This document shows positions 51,301-60,646 of a stretch of DNA of 64,000 nt, piece by piece. Each line of letters opens with the position of its first letter. Positions within the stretch are counted from its first letter, which is position 1. Made by a program: the position numbers and the translations under genes. Under the pieces are notes generated by a model, which saw only the letters and a program-made list of their open reading frames with translations, made no database searches and was not told where the DNA came from. Source of the DNA: a virus; the IMG/VR virus record IMGVR_UViG_3300025701_000007, positions 1-64,000 of that record; one strand, 5' to 3'.

Positions 51301-52098
51301 ATGATAAAAAAAATAGCCCATATAGCTGATATTCATTTTAGGAATATACAAAGACATGACGAGTTTAGAGCGGTGTGTGAGAACTTCATAGCTCAAATGA
51401 GGATTATGGAACCAGATAGAATTGTTATAGCTGGGGACATAGTACATTCTAGAAACCAGATAAGTCCAGAGTTAGTGAATGAAGTTTCGTGGTTTTTAAG
51501 TGAATGTTCTGAAGTTACTGGTAAAGTTATTATAATACCAGGTAACCACGATATCGTTGAACAAAATAAAGAGCGTATGGATGCTCTAACACCGATTATA
51601 AAAACACTAAGAGTAGATAACATAGAGTATTACACCAAATCAGGTTTATACAAAGATGAAAATGTTGTTTGGTCAGTTTTCAGTATATTCGACAACCATA
51701 TGACACCAGAACACATCGAATCTAGACCACATGAAGGTACATACATAGGTCTTTACCATGGTACCATTGTTGGTGCCGTAAACGAAATGGGTTTTAAATT
51801 CACTCACGGTGTTGAATTGAGTAAGTTTAGATACTGTGACCTAGTACTTTGTGGTGATATACACAAAAGGCAAGAATTCAAAGTTAGCGAAACACCCGTT
51901 ATAATGGTAGGTTCGTTAGTACAACAAAATTATGGTGAAACTATTAGCAAACATGGGTTTAATATTGTACATTTGTCCGAAGACGGTAAGATAACAAATG
52001 ATTTTCATGATATAGAGAATCCCATAAAATATTTAACCTTTAAGATAACTGATATAACAGATATTGATGAGGATAGAGAATTTTTAGTTAATGGTTAA
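51301..52098 (+). CDS. sbcD: Mre11/SbcD/T4 gp47-like nuclease
   Basis: ADIH, AGD, GNHD, YHG and GDIHKRQ metallophosphoesterase motifs. Confidence 0.92.
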   Translation: MIKKIAHIADIHFRNIQRHDEFRAVCENFIAQMRIMEPDRIVIAGDIVHSRNQISPELVNEVSWFLSECSEVTGKVIIIPGNHDIVEQNKERMDALTPIIKTLRVDNIEYYTKSGLYKDENVVWSVFSIFDNHMTPEHIESRPHEGTYIGLYHGTIVGAVNEMGFKFTHGVELSKFRYCDLVLCGDIHKRQEFKVSETPVIMVGSLVQQNYGETISKHGFNIVHLSEDGKITNDFHDIENPIKYLTFKITDITDIDEDREFLVNG

Positions 52099-52525
52099 CA
52101 TAGAAATAGATAATAAATTACACGAAGAGATGAAACTCTTCTGTGAGCTGAACGAAATCGAGGATGTGAATGTTTTTATATCCGAATGTCTCGTAAAGGG
52201 TTTTGATATGGAGAAATATGGTGACTCATTTGCCTTATTTTTCAATAAAGAAGGTTCAGACATAGTTCGTGTGGAAGAATCTATAGAAGAAATAGTAGAA
52301 GTAGTAGAAGAGTCGCTAGACGAACCAGTAGAGGAAATTAGTGTAGAAGAATCTATAGAAGCTTCAGTGGAACAACCAGTAGAGGTGTCAGTTGATACAC
52401 CCATAGAAGAACCCATAGAAGAACCTAAGTACGAAATAAAAAAAGAGGTTAAAAAAGAAACAATTAAAAGACCTGTCACTATAATAAAAAAATCACCAAA
52501 AGATAATTACGACGTATATGATTAA
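52091..52525 (+). CDS. Hypothetical protein, possible ribbon-helix-helix N-terminus with acidic low-complexity tail
   Basis: VNIEIDNKLHEEMKLFC...NVFISECL strand-helix-helix pattern; E/V/P-rich repeats. Confidence 0.5.
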   Translation: MVNIEIDNKLHEEMKLFCELNEIEDVNVFISECLVKGFDMEKYGDSFALFFNKEGSDIVRVEESIEEIVEVVEESLDEPVEEISVEESIEASVEQPVEVSVDTPIEEPIEEPKYEIKKEVKKETIKRPVTIIKKSPKDNYDVYD

Positions 52526-54875
52526 AGAAGAGATAAACGGTTTATATGACCCTAAAAACTATATTAAGGTTATATGGGAAGATACACTGGATAACCACTC
52601 AACCCATAGGGAGAAGCAGGTTGAAAAGTATTTCCAAAAAAAGTATAAAACTAATAAGGTTAAGGTTATATTTAAACCCATAGCCACTAAGAATAGTGAT
52701 GTTGTTGCAGAAGGTACGGCTGATGCTTCTGAAGTAATATTAGACGAGAACTACCAGAAGCAATTGATTGAGAGTTACCTATCAGACAAAGGTTTATCGG
52801 TCAATATGGACTACTTAATGAAATTAGATAACACGGTTAACGTTGAATTAGAAGACTATAAGGATCAAACGAACCGATATAAGAAATTCAAAATAAAACA
52901 AGTAGAGTTTTCTAATTTCTTATCTTTCGGGGATGACAATAAAATTAATTTTAGTGATAATATGGGTATCACCTCGGTGATGTCGAACCCAGCTAATTTT
53001 GGTGGTAAGACCACTATGACTGTGGACTTACTATTATTCTTGTTTTTTGGTGTTACCACAAAGACGGATAAAATGATTGACGTGTTTAATAGGTATTCCG
53101 ATGAAGACGCTGTGGTTGTTAAAGGTCTAGTGGAAATAGAAGGTGATTCATACGTCATAAAAAGAACTATAAAAAGAAAAGAAGATAAATCAGGTGAATA
53201 TGCTGCTAAGAGTTCCCTAGACTTCTACCAGGTTTTACCAAACGGTGGTGCTAAGCAATTAAATGGTGAACAAAGAAAATTCACTGACGACCTTATTAAG
53301 ACATACGTAGGTTCTTATGACGACTTCTTAATAACGATACTAACTACTGGTGATAATCTAGATGATTTAATAAAAACTAAACCAACCGAAAGAGGTAGGA
53401 TTTTAACTAAATTCATAGGGTTAGAATTTTTTAGAGAGAAAGAAAAAATAGCTAAGAAAAAACATCAAGAATGGAAGGAAAAGTCTAAGTTATACCACAA
53501 TAATAGTCAGGATATTTTAGGTAAGATTGAGGTTGAAGATGATAAGATAAAGAATAATAATAAGTTGGTAGAGTCTTTAGACGTGAAACTAAAAGAAAAA
53601 ACTGATATATTATCCAATTACGATGAAGAGAGAGATAGATTAAACTCCATAAGGATAAATAATATCGATACTGAGTTATATAAAGTTGTTGAGAGTGATA
53701 TTACTTCTGGGATAGATAAAGTTGTTAAAATGATCTCGGACAAAGAGAATGAAATCGAGGAATTAAAAGAAGAGAACCCAAAACCAAGTGCACCTTTTGA
53801 TGTCGATAGATATTCCACCAACGTAAAAGAGCTTAGAGAATTAAAAGATAAGCAGATAGAGGTTAAGATAGAGAGTACTCAGGTACAGAAAACAATAACT
53901 AATCTAAAAGATGGTGAAATATGTCAATCCTGTCAAAGACCATTGGAAGGTGTTGATCATAAAAGTGAGATAAAAGATAATGAAAACAAGTTACTTAAAT
54001 TAAACGAACTTAGTGATGAGTTATCTACAAAATCAGATGAATTAACTAAATCTATTGATGATGATCAAACTCTAAAAGATTCTTGGGATAAATACCATAA
54101 AGTTGAGTTACTACTAGACAATAAGGGTATGGAGTTATCTAACCTAAAAGAAACATTGGTTAGGGGTGAAAATAAACTTAATGAATATAGATTAGCTAAA
54201 GAAGCTCTGGAGAAGAATAAAGATATAGACACCGAACTACAGAAACTTAAGTTTAAGATAAAAGAAGAGACTGACCAGAAAAACTATATAATGTTACAGA
54301 TTAATAGTTTAAATAAGGATATAGAGTTATCTAAAACTAAAATAGGTGAATTTAATGACCTAATAAAAGAACTTAAGAACGAAGAGGTGTTAGATAAGAT
54401 ATTCAGGGTTTATCTAGAGATTTATGGTAAAAACGGGATATCAAAGATGGTTCTAGGTACAATGATACCACTAATAAACAGTCACCTAAGGATATTACTA
54501 TCAGACACTTCCGACTTCGATCTAGAAATGAATATGAACCCAAAAGGTGAAATAGAGTTTCTAATGGTTGACAATGAGACTGGTGTGAACAAACCTTTAT
54601 CATCTGGTTCTGGTTATGAAAAAACTGTTAGCTCATTAGCGTTAAGATGTGTATTAAGTAAAATATGTTCCCTACCTAAACCAAATATCATTATATTTGA
54701 CGAGGTTACTGGTAAAGTATCTAATGATAATTTAGATAAATTAGGGGTATTCTTTGACAAACTAAAAACCTTATTTGACCACATATGGATTATTAGTCAC
54801 AACCCATACATACAAGATTGGGCAGACAATGTAGTCAAAGTAGAAAAAAATGATAATATTTCTCAAGTCGTTTAA
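52518..54875 (+). CDS. sbcC: Rad50/SbcC/T4 gp46-like SMC ATPase with N-terminal extension
   Basis: FSNFLSFG, Walker A NFGGKTT, zinc hook CQSC within the coiled coil, signature SGSGYEK, IIFDE and ISH. Confidence 0.92.
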   Translation: MIKEEINGLYDPKNYIKVIWEDTLDNHSTHREKQVEKYFQKKYKTNKVKVIFKPIATKNSDVVAEGTADASEVILDENYQKQLIESYLSDKGLSVNMDYLMKLDNTVNVELEDYKDQTNRYKKFKIKQVEFSNFLSFGDDNKINFSDNMGITSVMSNPANFGGKTTMTVDLLLFLFFGVTTKTDKMIDVFNRYSDEDAVVVKGLVEIEGDSYVIKRTIKRKEDKSGEYAAKSSLDFYQVLPNGGAKQLNGEQRKFTDDLIKTYVGSYDDFLITILTTGDNLDDLIKTKPTERGRILTKFIGLEFFREKEKIAKKKHQEWKEKSKLYHNNSQDILGKIEVEDDKIKNNNKLVESLDVKLKEKTDILSNYDEERDRLNSIRINNIDTELYKVVESDITSGIDKVVKMISDKENEIEELKEENPKPSAPFDVDRYSTNVKELRELKDKQIEVKIESTQVQKTITNLKDGEICQSCQRPLEGVDHKSEIKDNENKLLKLNELSDELSTKSDELTKSIDDDQTLKDSWDKYHKVELLLDNKGMELSNLKETLVRGENKLNEYRLAKEALEKNKDIDTELQKLKFKIKEETDQKNYIMLQINSLNKDIELSKTKIGEFNDLIKELKNEEVLDKIFRVYLEIYGKNGISKMVLGTMIPLINSHLRILLSDTSDFDLEMNMNPKGEIEFLMVDNETGVNKPLSSGSGYEKTVSSLALRCVLSKICSLPKPNIIIFDEVTGKVSNDNLDKLGVFFDKLKTLFDHIWIISHNPYIQDWADNVVKVEKNDNISQVV

Positions 54876-54878
54876 TAT

Positions 54879-55511
54879 ATGGATAAGATGATAAATTTAA
54901 TCGTATTTAAAATAAGGTATTATCTGTACAATTTATTCGTCAGAATTTTCACCAAAAAATCCAGGAAATATATAATGTTTTTTGTGGGGACCTATCCAGA
55001 TAATTTTAAACATGGTTTAAAACCTATACTAGACAACGATCATCAGATAAAATGGGTTTTTGGCCCAGCATCTATAATACTGATATTCAACTCAAAGGAG
55101 AAGATAAAATATTTGGATAAGTTCTTTAAACGCATGTATTCCGAATATGCAGAATCCTTTTTTCTTTTTGACGTCACAAAAGGCAGATACTCCAAACATG
55201 TCGTCGAGGAATATTATAAACACCTATACTCAGAAGGACCTAAGCAACATAATGACTTAACACTAAATAAGGTACAGTACTTCATAGATATGGTGTCTAA
55301 AGCTAGGGAACAATATATAGACATTTTAAATGAAGAAATAAAATTCGCTAAAGATGTTGAGAACGAGGAAGATGTTGGTGAGGGTAAAAATTTTGATGTA
55401 GATATGAACTTAATAGATGAGATTCTAGATAAGATAATAGAACACGGGTACGACACCCTAACCAATGAAGAAAAAATAATATTAAAAAAATATAGATCTA
55501 ATAATGAATAA
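54879..55511 (+). CDS. Hypothetical protein with C-terminal DUF6576-like motif
   Basis: IDEILDKIIEHGYDTLTNEEKIILKKY at the C-terminus. Confidence 0.55.
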   Translation: MDKMINLIVFKIRYYLYNLFVRIFTKKSRKYIMFFVGTYPDNFKHGLKPILDNDHQIKWVFGPASIILIFNSKEKIKYLDKFFKRMYSEYAESFFLFDVTKGRYSKHVVEEYYKHLYSEGPKQHNDLTLNKVQYFIDMVSKAREQYIDILNEEIKFAKDVENEEDVGEGKNFDVDMNLIDEILDKIIEHGYDTLTNEEKIILKKYRSNNE

Positions 55512-56310
55512 CAAGATAGACACAACACACTGGATTGACCAAAAAGAGATTAGTCATTACCTACACGAAGTAAGAAAACATCAACCCCTAACTAGACTAG
55601 AGGAACACCTACTATTAAAAGAGATTAGAGCTGGTAAACCAGGATCTAAAGAAAAGTTAATATACTCCAACCTAAGGTTCGTAATAAGTATAGCCAAGAA
55701 ATATCAGAACAACGGTTTGAGTCTAAGCGACTTAATATCAGAAGGTAATTTAGGTTTATTAAAAGCGGCTGAGAGATTTAACTACGACCAGGATGAGGTT
55801 AGGTTCTTATCATACGCTGTATGGTGGGTCAAACAAACTATAATACAATCATTAAACGATAACTCTAGAGTAATAAGATTACCTATAAACGTTATAAATG
55901 ATGTTAGGAAAACGAATAGAGAAATGACTCTAAACTTGACTGAAGAGAAACAAGCTATGGGTAACCATAAATACTCGAACTTACCATCTGTCGATAATTT
56001 AGATAATAAATACGATGAGGATGGGTTAAGTATTTATGATAAAACAGAGGACGTAACCTCATTAAGACCAGACGATATATATGACAATGAACAAGCCAAT
56101 TTAAATCACGCATTAAATAAAGTTTTATTAGAACTTAGTGAGACCGAAAGAATGGTTATAAGTAGGTATTTTGGGTTAGATTGTGATGAGTCGACCCTAC
56201 AAGATATATCGGTTGATTTAAACATAACAAAAGAAAGAGTTAGACAGATAAAAGAGAAGGCTATAAAGAAGATAAGGTTCTATTCGAGTAGTATTTTCGA
56301 ATTATTGTAA
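55504..56310 (+). CDS. Sigma-70 family RNA polymerase sigma factor (RpoD-like, no region 1.1)
   Basis: Region 1.2 YLHEV...LT..EE; region 2 NLRFVISIAKKY...DLISEGNLGLLKAAERF...SYAVWW; region 4 TKERVRQIKEKA. Confidence 0.93.
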   Translation: MNNKIDTTHWIDQKEISHYLHEVRKHQPLTRLEEHLLLKEIRAGKPGSKEKLIYSNLRFVISIAKKYQNNGLSLSDLISEGNLGLLKAAERFNYDQDEVRFLSYAVWWVKQTIIQSLNDNSRVIRLPINVINDVRKTNREMTLNLTEEKQAMGNHKYSNLPSVDNLDNKYDEDGLSIYDKTEDVTSLRPDDIYDNEQANLNHALNKVLLELSETERMVISRYFGLDCDESTLQDISVDLNITKERVRQIKEKAIKKIRFYSSSIFELL

Positions 56311-56328
56311 TTTTAATTAAAAGTTAAA

Positions 56329-56336
56329 TATTTATA
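56329..56336 (+). promoter_or_regulatory. Putative late promoter TATTTATA
   Basis: Within a 30-nt gap, only 4 nt before the ATG at 56341. Confidence 0.5.
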
Positions 56337-56340
56337 AGAT

Positions 56341-56706
56341 ATGGAAAAGATAAAAAAATTTTTTAGTAAATACGGTTTAATGGCTTTCATAGGATTATTA
56401 TTTATAATGATGATAAGAGGTTGTAGTAAAAACGGTAAAATAAATAAATTAGAGAAAGAGAATACTACCTTAGTTCACACTATTAATGATTTAACTGAAA
56501 CTGTTGATAGTGTATCTAATTCTAGATTAACTGATGAACAGATTAAATTGATTGAGTTAAAGGGTAAATCGGAGGTATTGGATTTTGTTAACAACGAAAT
56601 TTCTAAATACGATAGAAATAAAAGTATGATGGAATTACAATTCGAAGTGATAGGTAGGAAAAAGAATATTGATTCTAAAATAAAAAGTATAGAAAAAAAT
56701 AGGTAA
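56341..56706 (+). CDS. Membrane-anchored coiled-coil protein (spanin-like or lipoprotein)
   Basis: Basic N-terminus, hydrophobic helix ending IRGC, then a coiled coil. Confidence 0.5.
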   Translation: MEKIKKFFSKYGLMAFIGLLFIMMIRGCSKNGKINKLEKENTTLVHTINDLTETVDSVSNSRLTDEQIKLIELKGKSEVLDFVNNEISKYDRNKSMMELQFEVIGRKKNIDSKIKSIEKNR

Positions 56707-56707
56707 A

Positions 56708-58219
56708 ATGTTAAAATTTGAGCACACTAATAGTATTAATGAGGCTTTGACGCTATCAAAAGTCGTTAAAGATCAATTCAACTCTAATAGAGTCGTGATA
56801 GTATCCGACTTAAACGATTCGAACAAAGCCACGTCCGAAGTAATATCTGTAAAGGATATATTAAAAAAACATGGTTTCATGTGGGATGGTAAGAATAAAC
56901 AATGGTGGCTTAATGATAAATTTAAACCGATTGAACAAGTTATAGATATAGCTAAAAAAGCTGTAGCTGAAGCTAATGATAAATTAAACCAATCTAACGA
57001 GGTTAATGAAATTATATCTAAATTAGAGGATATAAAAGAGTTCATTAAGACTGCACCAGTAGCGGAAGTATCTGACGTTACTAAAGACGATCTTACTGAA
57101 AAGTTACAAGGATTCATAACCGAATTAGCTGAAGAAGTTGACAGTGTTAGGTTGACATCGAAAGTAAAAGATTACTTTGACTTTTTAAGTAAATTCCCTA
57201 ATTATTCGTTTACCAATCAGATACTAATCTACATACAAAATGAAAACGCCACTAAAGTGAACTCCAAAACTGGTTGGTCCAAGTTAGGTTTAAAACCTAA
57301 AGAAGGGGCTAACCAAATATTGATATGGAGACCAACACTTAAACCACCAACAAAAGGTGTGAAAGAAGCTAGGAAAAAAGATTTCATGACTAAGTTAAAA
57401 GGTCCTTTCAATGACGAAAAGAAAGAGCAATTAGCTAAACTATTGAAACAACCAGTGGCATCTATGCCGTTTGTTTTATACCCAGTTTATGATACAACGG
57501 ACGTTGTAAAAGAAGATGGGTCTGAATACTCAGAACCAGAAAAAGTAGATTTAGAATGGCAAGACAGTACTGAAAATGAGGTTGCTGATAAGATATTTGA
57601 AGCTATGGTTAAGGTTTACGATGATTACGGTATTGACTTTGCTATAGAAGACTCTAAGAATGGAGAAGGAGGTTACTCAGCTGGTGGTAAAATAAGGATC
57701 TCAACCAGTACAACAGGTATAAGTAGAGCCTCTGTAGCTATACATGAATTTGCTCACGAGCTAATGCATCAAAGTTTCCTAAAAACTAAAGCCGAAAGTG
57801 GTAAAGATAATAATAAACTAGGTGATAAATCACAACATATATTAGATGCATATGTTGGTAGAGATATATCTGAGGTATTAGAGCTGCAAGCCGAGTCGGT
57901 TGCTTACGTGGTACTTAAGTCTTTTGATGTACCAGGTTTGAAGTACGCTGTAAATTACATAGCGCTATGGAAAGGTACTAAAGATAGTATAATAGGTAAT
58001 CTAGATGTGATAACTACCACAGCCAATCTTGTTATCAAATCTCTAAATAAACATATCGATAGTATGAACGAGATTGAATCAGAATCTGATTTACACGGTG
58101 ATACCGTGACGATGTCAAGTGTGGCTAAATTACTTAAAGCCCCTATAAATAAATCTATAGATGAGATATTTGGTGATATAAACGAAAATAAAAGTATATT
58201 CAAAAACATTATAAAGTGA
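56708..58219 (+). CDS. ArdC-like ssDNA-binding/antirestriction protein with zincin metallopeptidase domain
   Basis: FLSKFPNYSFTNQILI..Q...AT.V.....W..LG..PKEGA..I.IWRP and VYDTTDV (ArdC-N); HEFAHE...ELQAESVAY...YIALW (metallopeptidase); also a KKHGFMWDGKNKQWW module. Confidence 0.8.
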   Translation: MLKFEHTNSINEALTLSKVVKDQFNSNRVVIVSDLNDSNKATSEVISVKDILKKHGFMWDGKNKQWWLNDKFKPIEQVIDIAKKAVAEANDKLNQSNEVNEIISKLEDIKEFIKTAPVAEVSDVTKDDLTEKLQGFITELAEEVDSVRLTSKVKDYFDFLSKFPNYSFTNQILIYIQNENATKVNSKTGWSKLGLKPKEGANQILIWRPTLKPPTKGVKEARKKDFMTKLKGPFNDEKKEQLAKLLKQPVASMPFVLYPVYDTTDVVKEDGSEYSEPEKVDLEWQDSTENEVADKIFEAMVKVYDDYGIDFAIEDSKNGEGGYSAGGKIRISTSTTGISRASVAIHEFAHELMHQSFLKTKAESGKDNNKLGDKSQHILDAYVGRDISEVLELQAESVAYVVLKSFDVPGLKYAVNYIALWKGTKDSIIGNLDVITTTANLVIKSLNKHIDSMNEIESESDLHGDTVTMSSVAKLLKAPINKSIDEIFGDINENKSIFKNIIK

Positions 58220-59136
58220 TGGGTGAAAAAGTGAGTAAGAATTTTATAATAGGTACATTCGTTACCCTATATATAATGGTATCGATTATATCAACTATAC
58301 ACGTAGTAGACTTCTTTCAATTATCCAACCCAAAGTGGTTAGCGATAACATTAGCAATAGCCTTTGAGATAGGTGCGGCCGCTTCTTTAGCATCAATAAT
58401 AGCACTAAAGAAAATGAACAAAAGTATAGTATGGGCATTATTCTTCATACTAACTGCTATGCAAGCCATGGGTAATACCTACTACGCATATAAGAATCTA
58501 GAAGATTTTCAGATGTGGTCAGAACTATTTGGTTTGGTTGATTACGAACCTATTTTCCAAAAAAGAGTTATGTCGATAGTTAGTGGTGCTATATTACCAT
58601 TAGTAGCGTTAGGTTTTATTAAATCGTTAGTTGATTATATAAGACCAGAGTCTGAAGCGACTGAATCCGACGTAAAAGAAGAGGTTGCTGAGGAAGTTAC
58701 AAACCAAGAACCTACTAAAGAAGACGATTATTTTGAACCATGGGACAGATATCACAATGAAACAATGGGTCGAGAAGAACCTATAGATGAGTTTTACGAA
58801 CCAATCAACACTGTAGAGTCCAACGAGGAAGATGATTATTGGGATGAAGATCATGCATTAGATATGGTTATGAATGATATGGTATCTGAATTAGACGACC
58901 AAAATCTATCAGATATTATGGACGAAACAATTGACCAAACACATGATTTGGATTGGGTTTATGATTATAATGAAATAGACGAAGAATCTAAAGAAATTGG
59001 GTTTGAATCTGAAGTAGAGGAAGTTGAACCCGAAGTAGAAGAAACTGAACCTGAAGTAGAGGAAGTTGAAACTAAGAAAAAAAATTATAATAAAATTGAT
59101 GATACTATAATGGTCTTTAAAAAAGATGAAAATTAA
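58219..59136 (+). CDS. Four-TM membrane protein with acidic C-terminal tail
   Basis: Four hydrophobic segments in the first ~140 aa, then a D/E-rich region. Start is GTG 58216 or ATG 58219. Confidence 0.7.
   Translation: MGEKVSKNFIIGTFVTLYIMVSIISTIHVVDFFQLSNPKWLAITLAIAFEIGAAASLASIIALKKMNKSIVWALFFILTAMQAMGNTYYAYKNLEDFQMWSELFGLVDYEPIFQKRVMSIVSGAILPLVALGFIKSLVDYIRPESEATESDVKEEVAEEVTNQEPTKEDDYFEPWDRYHNETMGREEPIDEFYEPINTVESNEEDDYWDEDHALDMVMNDMVSELDDQNLSDIMDETIDQTHDLDWVYDYNEIDEESKEIGFESEVEEVEPEVEETEPEVEEVETKKKNYNKIDDTIMVFKKDEN
59011..59070 (+). repeat. 21-bp coding tandem repeat (EVEEVEP-like), about 3 copies
   Basis: gaagtagaggaagttgaaccc / gaagtagaagaaactgaacct / gaagtagaggaagttgaa. Confidence 0.8.
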
Positions 59137-59737
59137 TAACGAACATTATTTTGACGATAAAGATCATGTAACTAAAACTAAAGCGAAGAAAAAACAAATA
59201 GTTTTAACAAATACTGACTGTACTTTCAACGAGTACTTAACTAAGATAAAAACACGTTACAATGGTAAATACACCAGGGTACCGTGTTTTTCTATTTCTA
59301 AAGAAGGTGATGTATACCAACACTACCCAGTAAACTCTTATAACGAACTGATGTCTGAATACGGTATGGAAAAAAACGTTATAGTTGTAGCCATAGAAAA
59401 TCATGGGTGGTTGAAGAAAGATATGTTAACTGGCGAGTTAGTTAATTGGAAGGGTTCACACTACGAGGGTGATTTAGTTGAAAAACCATGGAGAGGTAAA
59501 AAGATATGGTCTACATATAATGATATACAATACACTAAACTTGCAGAATTAATAGACTATTTATGTTTAAAGCACGGTATTGAAAAAGACTTCGTGGGTA
59601 CAAATACTATAATAGATAAACCTAATTACCATAGAGGTATACTTAATAGGAGTAATTATAGTAAGAATTATTACGATTTATCCCCCGCATTCAATTTTAA
59701 AAAACTAAGCGAATTAATAAATGAAAATTATGGATAG
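59126..59737 (+). CDS. N-acetylmuramoyl-L-alanine amidase (Amidase_2)-fold protein, zinc ligands apparently lost
   Basis: QIVLTNT, FSISKEGDVYQ, VVAIEN, YNDIQYTKLAELIDYL and DLSP follow the amidase-2 pattern but lack the His/His/Cys ligands. Confidence 0.65.
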   Translation: MKINNEHYFDDKDHVTKTKAKKKQIVLTNTDCTFNEYLTKIKTRYNGKYTRVPCFSISKEGDVYQHYPVNSYNELMSEYGMEKNVIVVAIENHGWLKKDMLTGELVNWKGSHYEGDLVEKPWRGKKIWSTYNDIQYTKLAELIDYLCLKHGIEKDFVGTNTIIDKPNYHRGILNRSNYSKNYYDLSPAFNFKKLSELINENYG

Positions 59738-60242
59738 GAGTTTTAATCACGACAAAAATTACGATGATATAAAATCGTTAATAGGTAAAATTAGAAGTGT
59801 CACTTTAAACGAAGAAGAGGAGATTGTAAAAACGACCCCAGAAGAGGTTGGTGACAAGTCTGGTGAGAAAATAAAATTTGATTCGATTAACACAATAGGT
59901 TATTTAAGTAAATCAGATGACGTTAATCTAGATATGAATGCTTTAGAAGAATCTGTAGGTGAATTTATTAAATCTAGTGGTTTACTATTATCATACGTAA
60001 ATATAAGAGTTGAAATGGGTAGAATCATATTAACATCAGATGTTATAAAAAACCCTTCACTTGAAATGGTTAAAGAAATAATCATAGATACCAACGAAGA
60101 AGATGTTACTATAGAATTAATATCAGGACCATTGACTTTAAGCGGGGATTTACTAAACTTATTAAAGTTAGTTACTAGAACTTATGACGACCCTCAAATA
60201 GGTAGATCTAATTTGATAAAGGTTAGTCAATCAATTGATTAA
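59730..60242 (+). CDS. Hypothetical protein, possible head-associated (TLNEEEE motif)
   Basis: ORF overlaps the amidase-like gene; start at 59721 or 59730. Confidence 0.6.
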   Translation: MDRSFNHDKNYDDIKSLIGKIRSVTLNEEEEIVKTTPEEVGDKSGEKIKFDSINTIGYLSKSDDVNLDMNALEESVGEFIKSSGLLLSYVNIRVEMGRIILTSDVIKNPSLEMVKEIIIDTNEEDVTIELISGPLTLSGDLLNLLKLVTRTYDDPQIGRSNLIKVSQSID

Positions 60243-60271
60243 GTTAAAAGTGATATTTAAAAAAAACTAAC

Positions 60272-60279
60272 TATTTATA
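60272..60279 (+). promoter_or_regulatory. Putative late promoter TATTTATA
   Basis: Intergenic, 16 nt before the ATG at 60296. Confidence 0.6.
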
Positions 60280-60295
60280 TTAATAAACACTAACA

Positions 60296-60646
60296 ATGAA
60301 AGTAAAAATAACAGATTCCGAATTAGAAAAATATCTTAAAGAATCATTAATGGAGTTTGAAGGTAAACCATTAGTTAATGAATCTTTAACGGCTACCGAT
60401 AAAAGTGATGTTAAATCTATGATTAAGAAGGAGATAAAAGACTTCCTTGAAATAAATCGTAGCTCTCAATTCGAAACCAGAGTAAAAAACATTGTTAAAG
60501 ATACTTTTAAAGATACGATTAAGTCTGATAGAGACTTAGAGAATAAAATGGTTGAAGTAAGCAGAAATGTTTTAGTTCAACTATACAAGCAATTATGGAC
60601 CAGAAGAGCTTTCTGGGCAAATGATTTGAAAAACGCAGCTAACTAA
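60296..60646 (+). CDS. Small helical protein, putative internal head protein
   Basis: MKVKITDSELEKYLKES...LVNES leader with xxE motifs; follows the TATTTATA motif. Confidence 0.5.
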   Translation: MKVKITDSELEKYLKESLMEFEGKPLVNESLTATDKSDVKSMIKKEIKDFLEINRSSQFETRVKNIVKDTFKDTIKSDRDLENKMVEVSRNVLVQLYKQLWTRRAFWANDLKNAAN

